DNA of 64,000 nt from Mobula hypostoma (taxonomy: Eukaryota), in assembly GCF_963921235.1 (NCBI RefSeq), contig NC_086097.1:126110001-126174000 (forward strand). The letters run 5' to 3'. The notes under the pieces were generated by a model. That model was not told where the DNA came from and searched no databases. It worked only from the letters and a program-made list of their open reading frames with translations. A program made the translations under genes and the position numbers. Of the stretch, positions 1 to 13,371 are shown one piece after another (position 1 is the stretch's first letter; every line of letters starts with the position of its first letter).

Positions 1-510
1 TCAAAACACCTTCTGATTATTCAAATTAGTAGCCCAATTACAGACTCTAGAAATATATCAATAATATCAAAAGAGTGCAGAGAAAATTTACAAGGAAGTT
101 GCCAGGACTTGAGGACCTGAGTTATAGGGAAAGGTCTATAATTGGAAAATACATGCAAAATTACTTGTGGTAACCATACCTCCACAATATTGGAATGAAT
201 GACATCAAAAGCATACAAGACTATTGCGAGAAAACAATTACTATGTTCTGCTATCTGTAAAAAACAAGGTATGTACATGGAACTTCTGAATTTAATACTA
301 CAAGAGCTTATTCTTATGTAAGGGTCATGCATTTGTAACCCAAGCACAGCCTGAACACTGATGATCTGGATGAATTAAGACACTTACAAACTTGCAGGTT
401 CAATGGCTGGTACCTCAGGACAGAAGAATCCTGGTACCACACCCCTCATACAACAATCCTCATCCACTCTGTCAAACTTCGCTGCAATATCATGACTCAT
501 TCTTCTAGAT

Positions 511-602
511 CAGAGATTCACAACTTGTGGTCCATGGACCCTTCAGCAGTTAATGGCGATGGGTGGGGCTGTCCAAGGTATAAAAAAAGTTGGGAACCCA
601 AG
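511..602. mobile_element. Degenerate short hAT-type MITE
   Basis: Ends CAGAGATTCACAAC ... GTTGGGAACCCAAG resemble hAT TIRs (CAGGGGTTCCCAAC); about 90 bp; no TSD recovered. Confidence 0.4.
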
Positions 603-814
603 ACTGGTGTACAGGTCAGTCTGCTTCATCTCTCTTCCTACAGCAGTATTGCCATCCCAGGAATCAATATTTCATATTACTACCAAAGTGGATGACCTCC
701 TATTTTACAACTTGTACATCACTGCCATATTCTTATCCAGTTATTTGCGTCAGTACGGTTGGATACATTACATTTGATTTGCCCATTGAAATCACTCACT
801 GGTGGTATAGCAGT

Positions 815-1525
815 GGAAACTACAAGCAGTTTCAAACTTCTGGGAATGCATCACACACAACCTAGCATTGTCCCAGAACACATCCTACAGTCAAGATAGT
901 TCACCAACATCTCTTCTTTTTGAGGAGGCTGAGGAGAGCTGGACTTTGCACATCAATACTCTCGTCATTCTACAGATGTGCAGCCCAGTATCCTGACAAG
1001 CTGCAACACTGTTTGATACTGAAACAGCACTGCAGCGGACAGGAAGGCTCTACAGTGGGGTGTCAAGATTGCCCAGTGCATCATTAGCACCAGTATCCCA
1101 GCCATCAAGGACATATATACAGAAAGGTGCCAGGAAAGGGCCAGTAACATCATGAAGGATCCCACCCACCTGGCTCATGGACTTTGTCCAACTCCATCTG
1201 GGAGGAGGCTATGTAGCATCCATGCCAGGACCACCAGACTTAAAAACAGTTATTTCCCCAAAGCAGTAGGACTGATCAATATCCCCATCCACTAACTCCA
1301 CCACTACCTTATTTTTTTCCTGTCGGTCACTTTATGTACAGCCGAGCATCACCTTATGGACATATAATTACATAAGCATCTTTATGTATTTTATTTATTG
1401 TGTTTTTATTTAAATTATTGTTATTTTTTTTTTGGGCTACATTGATCCGATCCACAGCAACAATTATTTAATTCTCCTTCATACCTGTGTACAAGAATTT
1501 ACATTCAACAATTTTTAATCTTGTA
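815..1525 (+). mobile_element. Rex1/Babar-clade LINE, 3' fragment
   Basis: Decayed C-terminal ORF (..FFLRRLRRAGL.. ..KDPTHLAHG..), then AT-rich 3' UTR and tail. Confidence 0.75.
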
Positions 1526-3514
1526 TTTGAAAGTCAATATACATCACACAAAAAAATCTGCCCTACCTATTTCATTGCTCCATCTCAACCAGCTCAAGAT
1601 TTTCCAAGCTAATTAAGCCATTTCCTCTCTATTGCCTATCAATCTTACCTTGTATGAACAGAACCCAAACCTTTGCCACTGACTTTGAGGTAAACACCCT
1701 CAATTGACATCGATTTTGACCATGCCAAAGTGCTGATACTTTCAAGACCAATTGAGGCTGGTTCCAACTTTCCATTAACAAGCCAACTTGAATGTGGCTA
1801 ATTAGAAGGGACCAAGTACAGACACCGTGGTAGCAAAAAAAAACTTCATAAGGAGTTGAAACAAATCAGCATGGAAGGTGGAGACTCTCATAACACAAGT
1901 GTAAATGTGGATATAAGAGAAGTGCCCTCATTGTCCATTCATCTGAAGGGACACTCAAATTGTTCCATGCTTCAAGACATCACCATACCAAAAAACATTT
2001 TTTCTTATCTTTTTTTTTTAAAAAAAGACTTTTGTAGAATCAAGCGTTCTAAAGACCTATTCCAAGGCTTCTTTTCCAGTGGTGCAGTATTCCAACATAA
2101 ACCCCTGGTGACAGTGCTGCTGTTTAATGGTGAAGCAGACTTGATGGGCTGAATAGGCGAATTCTGCTCCCATGCTTTATGGTACTACATGCAATAAGGA
2201 ATGCCATTTCAGAGTCAAATGCCATTGACAATTTGCGAGAACTAGAATGTCAAGATAGCCAACATGTGCATCAGTGCATCTTGGGAGGACATAATCCACA
2301 TTATGATGAATGCTAGATGGAAGATCCATGATCAGAATGTATGTTTGACTTCTGTGGGTTTACAAACCTCAAGAAACCTTTAAAGGGTGGCAGGTCTCGA
2401 TTTGAAATAGGATGGCATGACAGAGTTGCTGGAATCTCATGCCAAAGAGATTAACAAATTAACATCTGTTAAATCTAGAGCAGAGATCACAACAGAAACA
2501 GTTGCCAACATAACACCAGCATCAAAACAGCTCACTATGAAAAGGCTTTTCCACATTAAACTATTGAGAGCCATTTTAAAGGCAACAATCCCTTAGGATT
2601 AAATGTCACTGTATGCTACAAAATACAGATGAATGAGAGCTGTTTAGATCCCCAATATATTCCTTAGACTTCATACGTTACCTATGAAAAGTTATCTGAA
2701 GAACCCTCATCATCAACACTGCAAATTCCATTCAGCCAAGATTCCTCAACGATACCTTTTCATACCACTAATGCTCTGCCCTCACATCCTGCTCTGTCAT
2801 CTCAACATACCTTGAAAAAACAGTAAATTACTGATATTTTAATTTAAAGTGTAAGAATTATTTAAAGTGTTATTTGATTCTTTTATTTACATGTTTACAT
2901 TGTTTTGGCCAAAATTCTTAAGCTGTGGTACACAACCAGAGAGAAAAACTTGACTTATAAAATTTATCCTAATGGATTGCATTCCTGGAAATTATTTCCC
3001 ATGTAAGTTGAGTAATTACTGCAATCTAGACTACAATTTGAGGGGAATGCATGAGGAAGTGGAGGTATATGTCAATGAACAAGCCAGAACAACGTAGCTC
3101 GGGAACTGCAAGGGAGGTATGTATTTGTAAATAGAGACAATGAATCAAAAAGACAAGGAAGCCATGCTACATTTTTGCAAGTTATTGGATAGGCCTTGGA
3201 ACATTGTGCATAATTCTTGGAACCACACTTTGATATTTCAGACAATGAGATGACATGGAGGAGGTTTGACTGAAAGATAGCAGGAATGAAAGACTAGCCA
3301 ATATAACTATTGCTCTTTGGGCAAAGGAAATCTCATTACCAACATTCAAACTAATGGTGCAAAACAATTCCTTCTGGTATCTGTGCTAGGACAGAGGCAG
3401 ATTTAAAATCCTGCAAAGACTAGGGAAACAGTTTTTAAAATCTGGAACACAACAGTTTACTAAAATGAGTTTCATCATCACGGGCAGAGGAATACCATTA
3501 CTGACAAGTCACAA

Positions 3515-4190
3515 TCAGATTTAATATCAATAGCAAATGTGAAATTTATTAACTAAGCAGTAGCAGGACACTGCAATACATGATGAATATAGAAAAAAAA
3601 TCAATTTTAGTAAGTATACTATGGATATTAAATACTTATATTAAAAATAGTGCGAAAACAGAAATAATAAAAAGTGCGGTGTTCATTTCTAAATGTCCAT
3701 TCAGAAATTGGACAGCAGAGGGGAAGAAGCTGTTCCTGAATCGCTGAGTGTATGCCTTCATGCTTCTGTATCCCATTCTTGATAGTAGCAATGCGAAGAA
3801 GGCATGTCCGAGGTGATGGGAGTTCTTAATAATCGATGCCACCTTTCTGAGGCACTGCTCCTTGACGATGTCTTGGATATTATGGAGGTTAGTACCCATG
3901 ATGGAGCCGACCGACTTTACAACATTCTGTAGCTTCTTTTGATCCTGTGCAGCAGCATCCCCCCACATCCCCCCCCCCCGCCAAACCAGACAGTTAGAAT
4001 GCTTTCCATGGTACATTTGTAGAAGTTTTCAAGTGTTTTAGGTGACAAACTAAATCTCCTACTGAAATATAGCTGCTGTCTTGCTTTCTTTGTAGCTGCA
4101 TTGATATGATGGGGCCAGGGTAGATCCTCAGAGATATTTTCACCCAGGAACTTGACATTGCTCACTCTCTCCATTTCTGATCTATGAGAA
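3515..4190 (-). mobile_element. Rex1/Babar LINE, 3' fragment
   Basis: ORFs 3917-4174 and 3636-4016 (KFLGENISEDLPW..KKARQQLYF; RFRNSFFPSAV) are the typical post-RT C-terminus, frameshifted. Confidence 0.85.
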
Positions 4191-5464
4191 TTGGAGTCAG
4201 ATACCTTCTTGGATATTTATTGCCTTTCCTTCAGTGCACCACAATGCTAAGTTCGACCAGGTACCTACCATGTCCAACTATGTAAGTTAAGTGATGTTAA
4301 GGAAAGAAGGGATTAATTGAGATGGAAGCAAGAATTAGGAAAGGAAGAGAAATTAGTAAAGGGGTTGAAAGAGGAAATAAGCATTTTAAAAGGAGTCTGC
4401 ATAATCCTCAGCCCTTCCACCCTCTAAGGACTATGTACATTCCCTTCATCAGTGGTGCCCCATGGCTGCAATATTAACCTTTTTTTTTAGATGCATTATT
4501 ATAACGAAAACATTGTTTGCAAACCCCTTACTAAACAATGAATTCTACCACTTCAGTTACAGAAATTCCGTTACTCTCACTATCCAAGGTAAAAGAATAT
4601 ATTTTTAATGGATGAAAAGAGAAGCAGAAGTTTAATAATGAGGATGCACTGTGGCTCCAACCACTTGGGGTGGCTGAATGGTAAAAGGTTGTAGCCAGAC
4701 CAGTAAGTAGAAAAGTGAAAAATAGAGGGAGCTGCCTGTGAGGACAAGGCATGAAGACAGAATCATCAAATTTATATTTAACCATGCTATTGTGCAGATT
4801 TCATTGACAAAGCCACGTCTGAAAGGGGCCATTTTCATATGAGCACATTTTCTGGAGATAACATAGAAAGGGAAACTATTAGTTGAATCAATGGCAGAGT
4901 CTACAGGACCAGCAATAGGAAAAGTGGATTACATAGGAATAAAATTGATAGGATTAGCCTCCAGCAAGAACACTGGAGAGCCAAATTGAAATGAAGGTTG
5001 CGAGGGATGTCTGAGAGTCCACAGGGGCCTCAAACGTTCCTTTCAATCAAGTAGCCAGTGGACACACACAAGAAATAGCAGGAAGGTTGAACTTGGGTGA
5101 TGGATCAAAATGTGTACAAGATTGACACTGAGAAGTGCAGATTATTTTTGCTTAGATAAAAGATTAGGATCAACATTTTTTTAAACTAGCAAAAAAGATG
5201 CCAACTGAATACAGTAAGTTAAGATGCACAATTGATTGTTATTTGCGCAACCTTTCAACAGTCCATCACCTTGTATTGCAGTCAAACAAGTGCAGAATTC
5301 ATGGTTGACTATATTCACCATACAGAGCGTTACTCAGCAATCAATAAGAAAGCTGAGAGAAATAACTCCTGAAATAATTCCCATTCTTATCCAAGTACCA
5401 GCTGTAGTGATCTTGAGTTTTGGCAAGGATACCCAATGACATTTGCGTACCATTAAGTTTCACA

Positions 5465-5735
5465 TAGCATGAAAACCAGTTCATTGTGGACCATTAAGCA
5501 CCAATTTTCTCAAATCCCCTACATTCTCATCAAGTTCCTCCTGATTCTATCAATCATCTACACATTGGGGACAACTAACTATCTCCGATTAACCTGCCAG
5601 CCCACACCTGTTTGGAAAATGGGAGGAAATTCACATAGTCACAGGGTGAATGTGCAAAGTCCACTGGGGAAAGGATTGAGCATCATTATTGGAACTGTGA
5701 GAAAACAGCTCCACTAGCTGTGCCACTGTGCTGAC
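5465..5735 (-). mobile_element. Decayed tRNA-derived V-SINE (HE1-like)
   Basis: Reverse-complement similarity to the SINE at 38252-38498 (GGGAGGAAA..CACATAGTCACAGGGTGAATGTGCAAA). Confidence 0.5.
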
Positions 5736-6946
5736 CAACTGCAAAGTGTACAAAGCCATATTAAGATAATTATAGCACTGTCATTTGACATTAATGAGAA
5801 TTAGACTATTGTCAGAATAGTTATATTTAACACTAAGCTAGTTTTTGAAAAGGTTTATTGTAAATTACAAGGAATCTCTTTTGAAGTTTATTTTACAATT
5901 TTGATCCATTTATATTTTCAGTTGTGAAGGGCACACAAAAGAATCTGAGATAACACAATAATATACAGTTATTAAATCTACTTAAACCAAAATACACTCC
6001 AAATTTCAGGATACTTTGAACCATATCTCACCTGGACCCAGTGAAGATCAGAGTTCCTATTACCTGGCAGGAAGTCAAATAAGTGTACTTTAAACTGCTA
6101 ATTACATTTTATGTCTTTTTGATGCAACACACCCAATTTGCTTGAGAGTAATGTCTAAATGACAAGTCTCAAAGTCACGTTAGCTGCTGTCTATCTGAGC
6201 TATTAATCCAGCTTCAGAACAGATATTTGCAGCACCATTCATCCACTGACTTCTTCCTTATTTTGTCAGATGCATTTGAAACAAGTTTCCAGGTAACTTA
6301 CAGCAGCAATTCCAAGCCCATCTTGTCCAAAATCATATTCAAACATTTGCTTGCATAGGGACAGAAGTAGACTATTTAACTTAGTTATCTGAATTCAATA
6401 AGATCATGACTATCTATGATCTGCTGCCCACACCCTTTAATACTTTGGGGTAACAACAACAAAATCTTCAGATTTAAAAATGAAGATTAAGATTTAAGAA
6501 AGTGGTGGGTACAACCTAGTCCAACACAGGCGCTCCCCCACAACTGAGCACATCTGCAACGAGCACTGCCACAAGAAAGCAGCATCCATCATCCAGGCCA
6601 AGTCCTGTTTTCACTACTACTATCAGGCAGGAGGTACAGGAACCTTGGGTCCCACATCACCAGATTCAGGGATGGTTATTACCCAACAACCATCAGGCTT
6701 CTGAACCTGCGTGGAAAACTCCACTCAGAACAACTAACTAATTCTATAACCTACAGTCTCACTTTCAAGGGCCCTGCAATTCACGTTCTCAGTATTATTT
6801 ATTTTTAAATTGCACAATTTGTCTTCTTTTGCACGATGGTTGTTTGTCGGTCTTTATATATTGTCTTTTGTAAATTCCACTCTATTTATTTTCCTGTAAA
6901 TACCAGCAAGAAAATAAACTTCAAGGTGGCATTACAGTGGCATATA

Positions 6947-8980
6947 CAGTGCCTTGAAAAAGTATTCAGTCCCAATTCACATAAATGAGTATTACCACCA
7001 TGGATTTCAATTAATTTAACTGAGATCAATTAACCCCAATGCACTGATGCGCAATTTTAAATTTACGCCACACGTACCAGTAAATAAAAGCATATCCTTT
7101 CCTATAAAGACTTTGCAAAGCATCACTTAGAAGATGCTGTAAGGATGCAACTGGAGATGAAGTTCATGGCTCCGCAATCTCTAAGGCCTTGCACAAAAAT
7201 GGTAGAGTGGCAGAAAGAAGCTCTTGCCCATCAAGACTTTGCCAAGCATCACTTAGAAGATATTGTAAAGATGTGGAAGAAGGTCTTGTGGTCAGATGAG
7301 ACTAAAGTGAAATTTTCTGGCTTCAAAACCAAGTGGTACGTGTGGCCTAAATGTAATATTGCACATCAGCCAGGTAACACTTTCCCTATTGTACAATGTG
7401 ACTGAGGTAGCCTCATGCTCTGGGGATGCTTTGCAGCAGCAGGGACTGGATATCTGATCAGGATTGATGGGAAGATGAATGTTGCTAAATACAGTGAGAT
7501 CCTGGATAAAAATCTGCTAGCATCTGCCAGAAAGCTTAAACTGGGGAGGAAGTTTGCCTTTCAGCAGGACAACAACTCAAAGCGCACTTACAGAGTAACC
7601 ATGAAGTAAATTCAAACCTAGAAAATTGATGTCCTTGAGTGTTCCAGTCAAAGTCCTGACTTTAACCTGATTCAATATCTTTGGCAAGACCTCAAGGTCC
7701 ACCGTCACTTCCCAACTAACCTGACAGAGCTTGTGCAATTTTGCAAGGAGGAATGGGCAAATCATGCTCTGTCCTGTTATACAAAGCTAATAGAGACTTA
7801 TCCAAAAAGTCTACTGGCTATAATAGTTGTGAGAGGTGGGTGGTTCAACTACATCGTCAGGTTTATTGTCATTTAACTATATTCATAACCATGTAGATCA
7901 TATATATAAAACCATATAATATAAAATCAGATGTTTCTTCGAACCAGGGTGTAAAGCACAGTAGCACACATAACACATGATAACTTACGAAGGTAAAGAT
8001 AAAATCTACAGATGAATCACACATGAATAACTAACTAAAGTGCATTAATTTTAAATACTGGAAAGTACGGAAAAGATTAACCAGAGGCACGTTGAAGACA
8101 TGTGGCCGGGAGTTCAGAAGCCTAATGACCTGGGGGAAAAGACTGTTTCTCATCCTGACCATTCTTGTCTTTCTGCATCGTTGTCTCCTGACTGATGGTA
8201 CAAAGCCAAAAAGAACGTTGGATGGATGGGGGGGGTGGGATCCTTAATAATTCTACAGCCCTGTGAATGCAGCGCTCCTGATAAATGTCCCCGATGGATG
8301 GTAGGGAGATGCCTATGATCCTCTCAGCTGTTCTCACAGTCCTTTGTAGGGACTTCTGGTCCGATGCTTGACAGCTCCCACACCAGACGGAGATGCAACT
8401 TGTTTGGACACTCTCAATCGTGCTCCTGTAAAACGCAGTTAAGATGGGGAGTGGCAGCCTCACTTGTCTTCCTGTTCAGGGAGGTGATATCATGAGGTCA
8501 TCCATGATGTGAACTCCCAGGAACTTGGTGCATTTAACTCTCTCTATGGAGGAGCCATGCATTTGGAGAGGGGGATGGTTTGTCTGCATTTGTCTTCTCA
8601 ACATTCAGGCTTGGGTTGTTCTCACACCAATCCACCAGCCACTCCACTTCCTCTCCATACTCCATCTCATCAACATTCTTGATAAGGCCAACCACTGCTG
8701 TGTCATCCACAAACTTGATGACATGGTTTGAGCTGGATCCTGCGACACAGTCATGCGTTAGCCAAAGGGGGATGAACACTTTTCAACTGCTGACATTTCA
8801 GTTTTAGAATTTGTAGTTTTTCATGTTTTACAATTTTCCCTGTTTTCTGCGCTCTACTGTTTAAAAAGGAGCATGTGATTCACAAATAAAAATTCTCGGT
8901 TAAATTAATCAAAATCCACGGTTATAATAGCCATTTATGTGAACAAAGGTTTGGGGGCTGAATACTTTCACAAGGCACTG
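6947..8980 (+). mobile_element. Tc1-family DNA transposon, decayed, with nested LINE
   Basis: TA|CAGTGCCTTGAAAAAGTATTCAGTCCC ... GGGGGCTGAATACTTTCACAAGGCACTG|TA (TIRs plus TA TSD); transposase pieces WSDETKV, MLWGCFAAAGTG, FQQDNNSK in ORFs 7145-7405 and 7415-7609. Confidence 0.92.
7855..8775 (-). mobile_element. Rex1/Babar LINE fragment nested in Tc1
   Basis: ORF 8534-8779 THDC..KFVDDTAVVGLI; ORF 8122-8463 LTAFYRSTIES. Confidence 0.85.
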
Positions 8981-9141
8981 TACATACTTTGATAATAAAT
9001 TTACTTTGACTTTGATGAAAGACAGCAAATTTCAACTATCCTCTGTGGGGGCTTCTAAACTTCACTTCTGAAATTCTTGACGTGCCTCATTAATACTCTG
9101 CCTTCTGGTCCTAGTTCCCCAGCAAGGGAAATAGTTTCTCT

Positions 9142-9283
9142 CAAACACAAAATACTCTGCAGATGCTGGAGTCACAGCAACACGCTGGAGGAACTCAGCA
9201 GGTCGGGCAGCATCCGTGGAAACGTTGACTCATCGTTTCCATGGATGCTGCCCGACCTGCTGAGTTCCTCCCCAGCGTGTTGT
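9142..9283. mobile_element. Penelope-derived fold-back (palindromic) element with 14-bp TSD
   Basis: Inverted arms 9178-9224 and 9234-9282; direct repeat GAAATAGTTTCTCT at 9128-9141 and 9284-9297; arms match the PLE terminal repeat at 35280-35406. Confidence 0.85.
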
Positions 9284-9329
9284 GAAATAGTTTCTCTAAT
9301 CTTTTAATTTGATTTTAATTTTATCTTAG

Positions 9330-9505
9330 TTAGAGAATAGGGTCTTTCAGCCATATGAGATACACTGTCCAGCAATCCATCGATTAGGCAACCAATCCAC
9401 CAGAGTCCTATCACAGGACAATTTACAATGGCTGATTAACCTAGTGCCTCTTTGAACTGTGGGGAAAAAAAACAAAACACCCAGAGTAAACCCACACGTG
9501 CACAC
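9330..9505 (-). mobile_element. Decayed V-SINE fragment
   Basis: GGACAATTTACAATGG..ATTAACCTA..CTGTGGGGAAA..CACCCAGAGTAAACCCAC is the reverse complement of the V-SINE core. Confidence 0.5.
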
Positions 9506-9519
9506 TGATGATCTCTGAG

Positions 9520-12500
9520 TTTGGGTGCTGTATCAGAGGGACATTAGGACAGCGTACGTCCTCTGCTTCACGGAATCCTGGTTAGCTCCTTCTGTACCGG
9601 ATACATCAATTCAGACTGACTGGTTCACTATACATCATCAAGATAAGACTGTCGAGTCTCTCAAAAGCAGAGCTGGTGGTGTATGTCTCATGATCAACTC
9701 CTCGTAATGTACTAATGTGTTGGTGACGTCCCAATTTTGCTCTCCAGACCTGGAAAATCTTACAATTAAGTGCGGTCCATTTTACGCATCCTAGTAGATT
9801 TCAGCAATGTTTTTAGTAGCTGTGTACATTCCACCTCAGATGATCTGAGCAATGTGATCAACATGCAAGAAACAGCCTTCAGCATTATTTTGGGAGAGTT
9901 TCCGGAACCTGGCCCTTAGCACTCAGATCTGCAGCAGGATCTTCAACTTCCTCACAGACAGGACCCAGGCTGTGAAAATAGGGGACAAGCTCTCCTCTAC
10001 AATTACTCTGAGTACCGGTGCCCCACAAGGCTGTGTACTCAGCCCCCTGCTGTACTCACTGTACACCCATGATTGTGTAGCCAAGTTTCCATCAAACTCA
10101 ATATATAAGTTTGCTGATGACACAACAATTGTAGGCCGTATCTCAGGTAATGATGAGTTTGAGTACAGAGAGGAAATTAAGAACCTGGTGGCATGGTGCG
10201 AAGACAATAACCTATCCCTCAACGTCAGCAAGACGAAGGAATTGGTTGTTGACTTCAGAAGGAGTAGCGGACCGCACGACCCAATTTACATTGGTGGTGC
10301 GCAAGTGAAACAGGTCAAAAGCTTTTAAGTTCCTCGGGGTCAATATCACAAATGACCTGACTTGGTCCAACCAAGCAGAGTTCACTGCCAAGAAGGCCCA
10401 CCAGCGCCTTTACTTCCTGAGAAAACTAAAGAAATTTGGCCTGTCCCCTAAAACCCTCACTAATTTTTATAGATGCACCGTAGAAAGCATTCTTCCAGGG
10501 TGCACCACAACCTGGTATGGAAGTTGTCCTGTCCAAGACCAAAAGAAGCTGCAGAAGATCATGAACACGGCACAGCACATCACACAAACCAATCTTCTGT
10601 CCGTGGACTCACTTTACACTGCATGCTGTCGGAGCAGTGCTACCAGGGTAATCAAGGACACGACTCACCCAGCCAACACACTTTTTGTCCCTCTTCCCTC
10701 CGGGAGAAGGTTCAGGAACTTGAAGACTTGTATGGCCAGATTTGGGAACAGCTTCTTTCCAACTGTGATAAGACTGCTGAACAGATCCTGACCCGGATCT
10801 GGGCCGTACCCTCCAAATATCCGGACCAGTCTCTCAGTTTTTTTGCACTACCTTACTTTCCATTTTACTATTTATGATTTATAATTTAAAATTTTAATAT
10901 TTACTAACTGCTACTATTTTTAATATTTAGTATTTGTAATCCAGGGAGTGGGAAGCGCAGAATCAAATATCGCTGTGATGATTGGACGTTCTAGTACCAA
11001 TTGTTTGGCGACAATAAAGTATAAAGTTTAACCCAAAAGTCATTAAATAATCACTTGTAGTACCAGAGAAAACACACTGGACCAATGTTACACTAAGATC
11101 AAGACTGCTTACTGTGCTATTCCACACCCACACTTCAGAAAGCCTGATCATCTGGTTGTACTTCCACTGAGTACAGGCAGAGACTGAAGACAGTAGCAGC
11201 AGCAGTCAGTACCAAGAAGGTATGGACAAGGGGAGCACAGGAGCACTTACAGGACTGCTTTGATTCAGTGGACTGGACTGTATTCAGGGATTCATCTTCA
11301 AATCTGGATGAGCATACCGCTGTTGTTACCAACTTTATTAAAACCTGTGTGGACAAGTGTGTGCCTACGAAAACTTGCTGTACGTTCCCAAACCAATAGC
11401 CATGGACGAACCAGAAGGTTTGTTATCTGCTGAGGTCTAGATCTGTGGCATTTGTCTGGCAACCTCGCCTGTACAAGAAAACCAGGTACGACTTGCAGAG
11501 GGCTATTTCAACAGCAAAGAGAGAATCCCTAGCGAGGTTGGAGGCAACATCAGATGCATGTCAACTCTTAGGGTTTGCAGGACATTACTTCCTACAAAGT
11601 GAAACCCAACAGCATTAATGGCAGTGATGCTTCACCACCAGACGAGCAACGCCTTTTATGCCTGCTTTGAAATGGAGGCTATAACTATAGATTTGAAGAT
11701 CCATACTGTACCCGGTGACCCTGTGATCCGTCTTGGAGGCCAATGTCAGGCTGTCTTTCAGGAGGACGAACACTCACAAGGTGGCAGGCCCTGATGGAGT
11801 ACCTGGTAAGGCTCTGAAAAGTTATGCCAACCAACTGGCAGGTGTACTCGAGGACACTCTCAAAGTCTCATTGCTCTAGTAGTTTCTATCTGCTTCAAAA
11901 GGGCAATAATTATACCAATCCCCAAGAAGTGTAGTTTGAGTTGCCTTAATGACCATCATCCTGTAGCATTCATCATCTACAGTGATGAAGTGCTTCCAGA
12001 GGCTGATCATGGCCAGAATCAACTCCTGCCTCAGCAAGCACTTGGACCCACTGCAATTTGCCCATCGCTACAACAGGTCAACAGCAGACGCAAGCTCAAT
12101 GGCTCTTCACACGGCCTTAGACCACGTGGACAATACAAGCACCCATGTCAGGATGCTGTTTGTTGACTATAGCTCAGCACTTAACACCACCATTCCTATA
12201 GTCCTGATCAATAAACTATGGAATCTGGGCCTCTATACTTCCCTCTGCAACTGGATCCTTGACTTCCTAAATGGAAGTCCACAATTTGTGCAGATTGGTA
12301 ATATCTCTTCCTCGCCGATGACCAACATTAGCGTAGCTCAGGGATGTGCGCTTAGCACACTGCTCTTCTCTCTCTATACCAATGTCTGGGTGTGGCACAG
12401 CTCAAAGGCCATACATAAATTTGCTGATGATACAATTGTTGGTAGAACTTAGACAGAGACAAGAGGATTACGGAAGCAAGATATACAAGCTAGTTGAATG

Positions 12501-12560
12501 GTGTTGCGGCAACAACTCCTCAATGTCAAAGACCTAATTGTGAACTTCAGAAAGGGTAGG
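9520..12560 (+). mobile_element. Older Rex1/Babar LINE (APE endonuclease to RT), interrupted by a younger copy
   Basis: EN motif LCFTESWL (ORF 9525-9707); RT motifs MKCFQRL..LDPLQFA..LFVDYSSA..KFADDT (ORF 11982-12452); many stops and frameshifts. Confidence 0.85.
9901..11025 (+). mobile_element. Younger 5'-truncated Rex1/Babar LINE
   Basis: ORF 9972-10328 [32 protein letters not shown]-terminus 10561-10791; 3' end AATAAAGTATAAAGT. Confidence 0.92.
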
Positions 12561-13190
12561 ATTAATCTGGTCCCTACGTATCGATGCAGCTATAAATAGG
12601 GCAAGACAGTGGCTATATTTCATTAGGAGTTGGAGGAGATTTGGTTTGTCACCTCAAACACTCAAAAACCTGTACCATGGAAAGCATTCTGACAGGCTGC
12701 ATCACTGTCCAGTATGGGGGGGGGGGCTACTGCACAGGACAGAAAGAAACTACAAAAAGTTGTAAAATTAGTCAGCTCCATCTTGGGTACTAGCATCCAT
12801 AGTATCCAAGACATCTTCAAAGAGCAGTGCCTCCGAAAGGCAGCATCCATTATGAAGGACCCCCATCACCCAAAACATGCCCCCTTCTCATCATTACCAT
12901 CAGGAAGGACGTACTAGAGCCTGAAGACACACACTTAACGATTCAGGAACAGCTTCTTCTCATATGCCATATGATTCCTAAATGGACATTGAACCCATGA
13001 ACACCACCTCACTTTATTTCTGTTTTCTCACTAATTTTAATTCAACTATCTAATCTACATATATATATATACACTTACGGTAAATGATCTACTCATTTTA
13101 TTTTTTCTATATCATCATGCATGGCATTGTACTGCTGCCGCCAAGTTAACAAATTTCATGATTATGCCAGTGATATTAAACCCGAGTCTG
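12560..13190 (+). mobile_element. Rex1/Babar LINE 3' end
   Basis: ORF 12714-12917 QDRKKLQKVVK..KDPHHPKHAPFSSLPSGR. Confidence 0.8.
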
Positions 13191-13371
13191 AGGAAGGAAC
13201 GTACAAACACACAGGACGTCAGAATTGAACAGTGAAGCCCCAAGATGTAATAGCATCTTGCTAACCATTACGTTTCTCAGTTCCCTTCAGTATTTAAAAA
13301 AATATGAATGCATTCTGTAACATAGAAGCTTTTCCAATTTTAACCTTTAGAGTCTTGGCTTCATTCTGATA

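Larger units (their letters stand above)
6495..9015 (+). mobile_element. Rex1/Babar LINE 3' end split by a Tc1 insertion (pieces 6495-6946 and 8981-9015)
   Basis: C-terminal motifs (..PSGRRYRNLGSHITRFR..); the 3' UTR resumes after the Tc1 as CATACTTTGATAATAAATTTACTTTGACTTTGA. Confidence 0.7.

Noticed and set aside
7100..7275. About 40-bp direct repeat inside the Tc1
   Set aside because: Ordinary internal rearrangement of a dead transposase.
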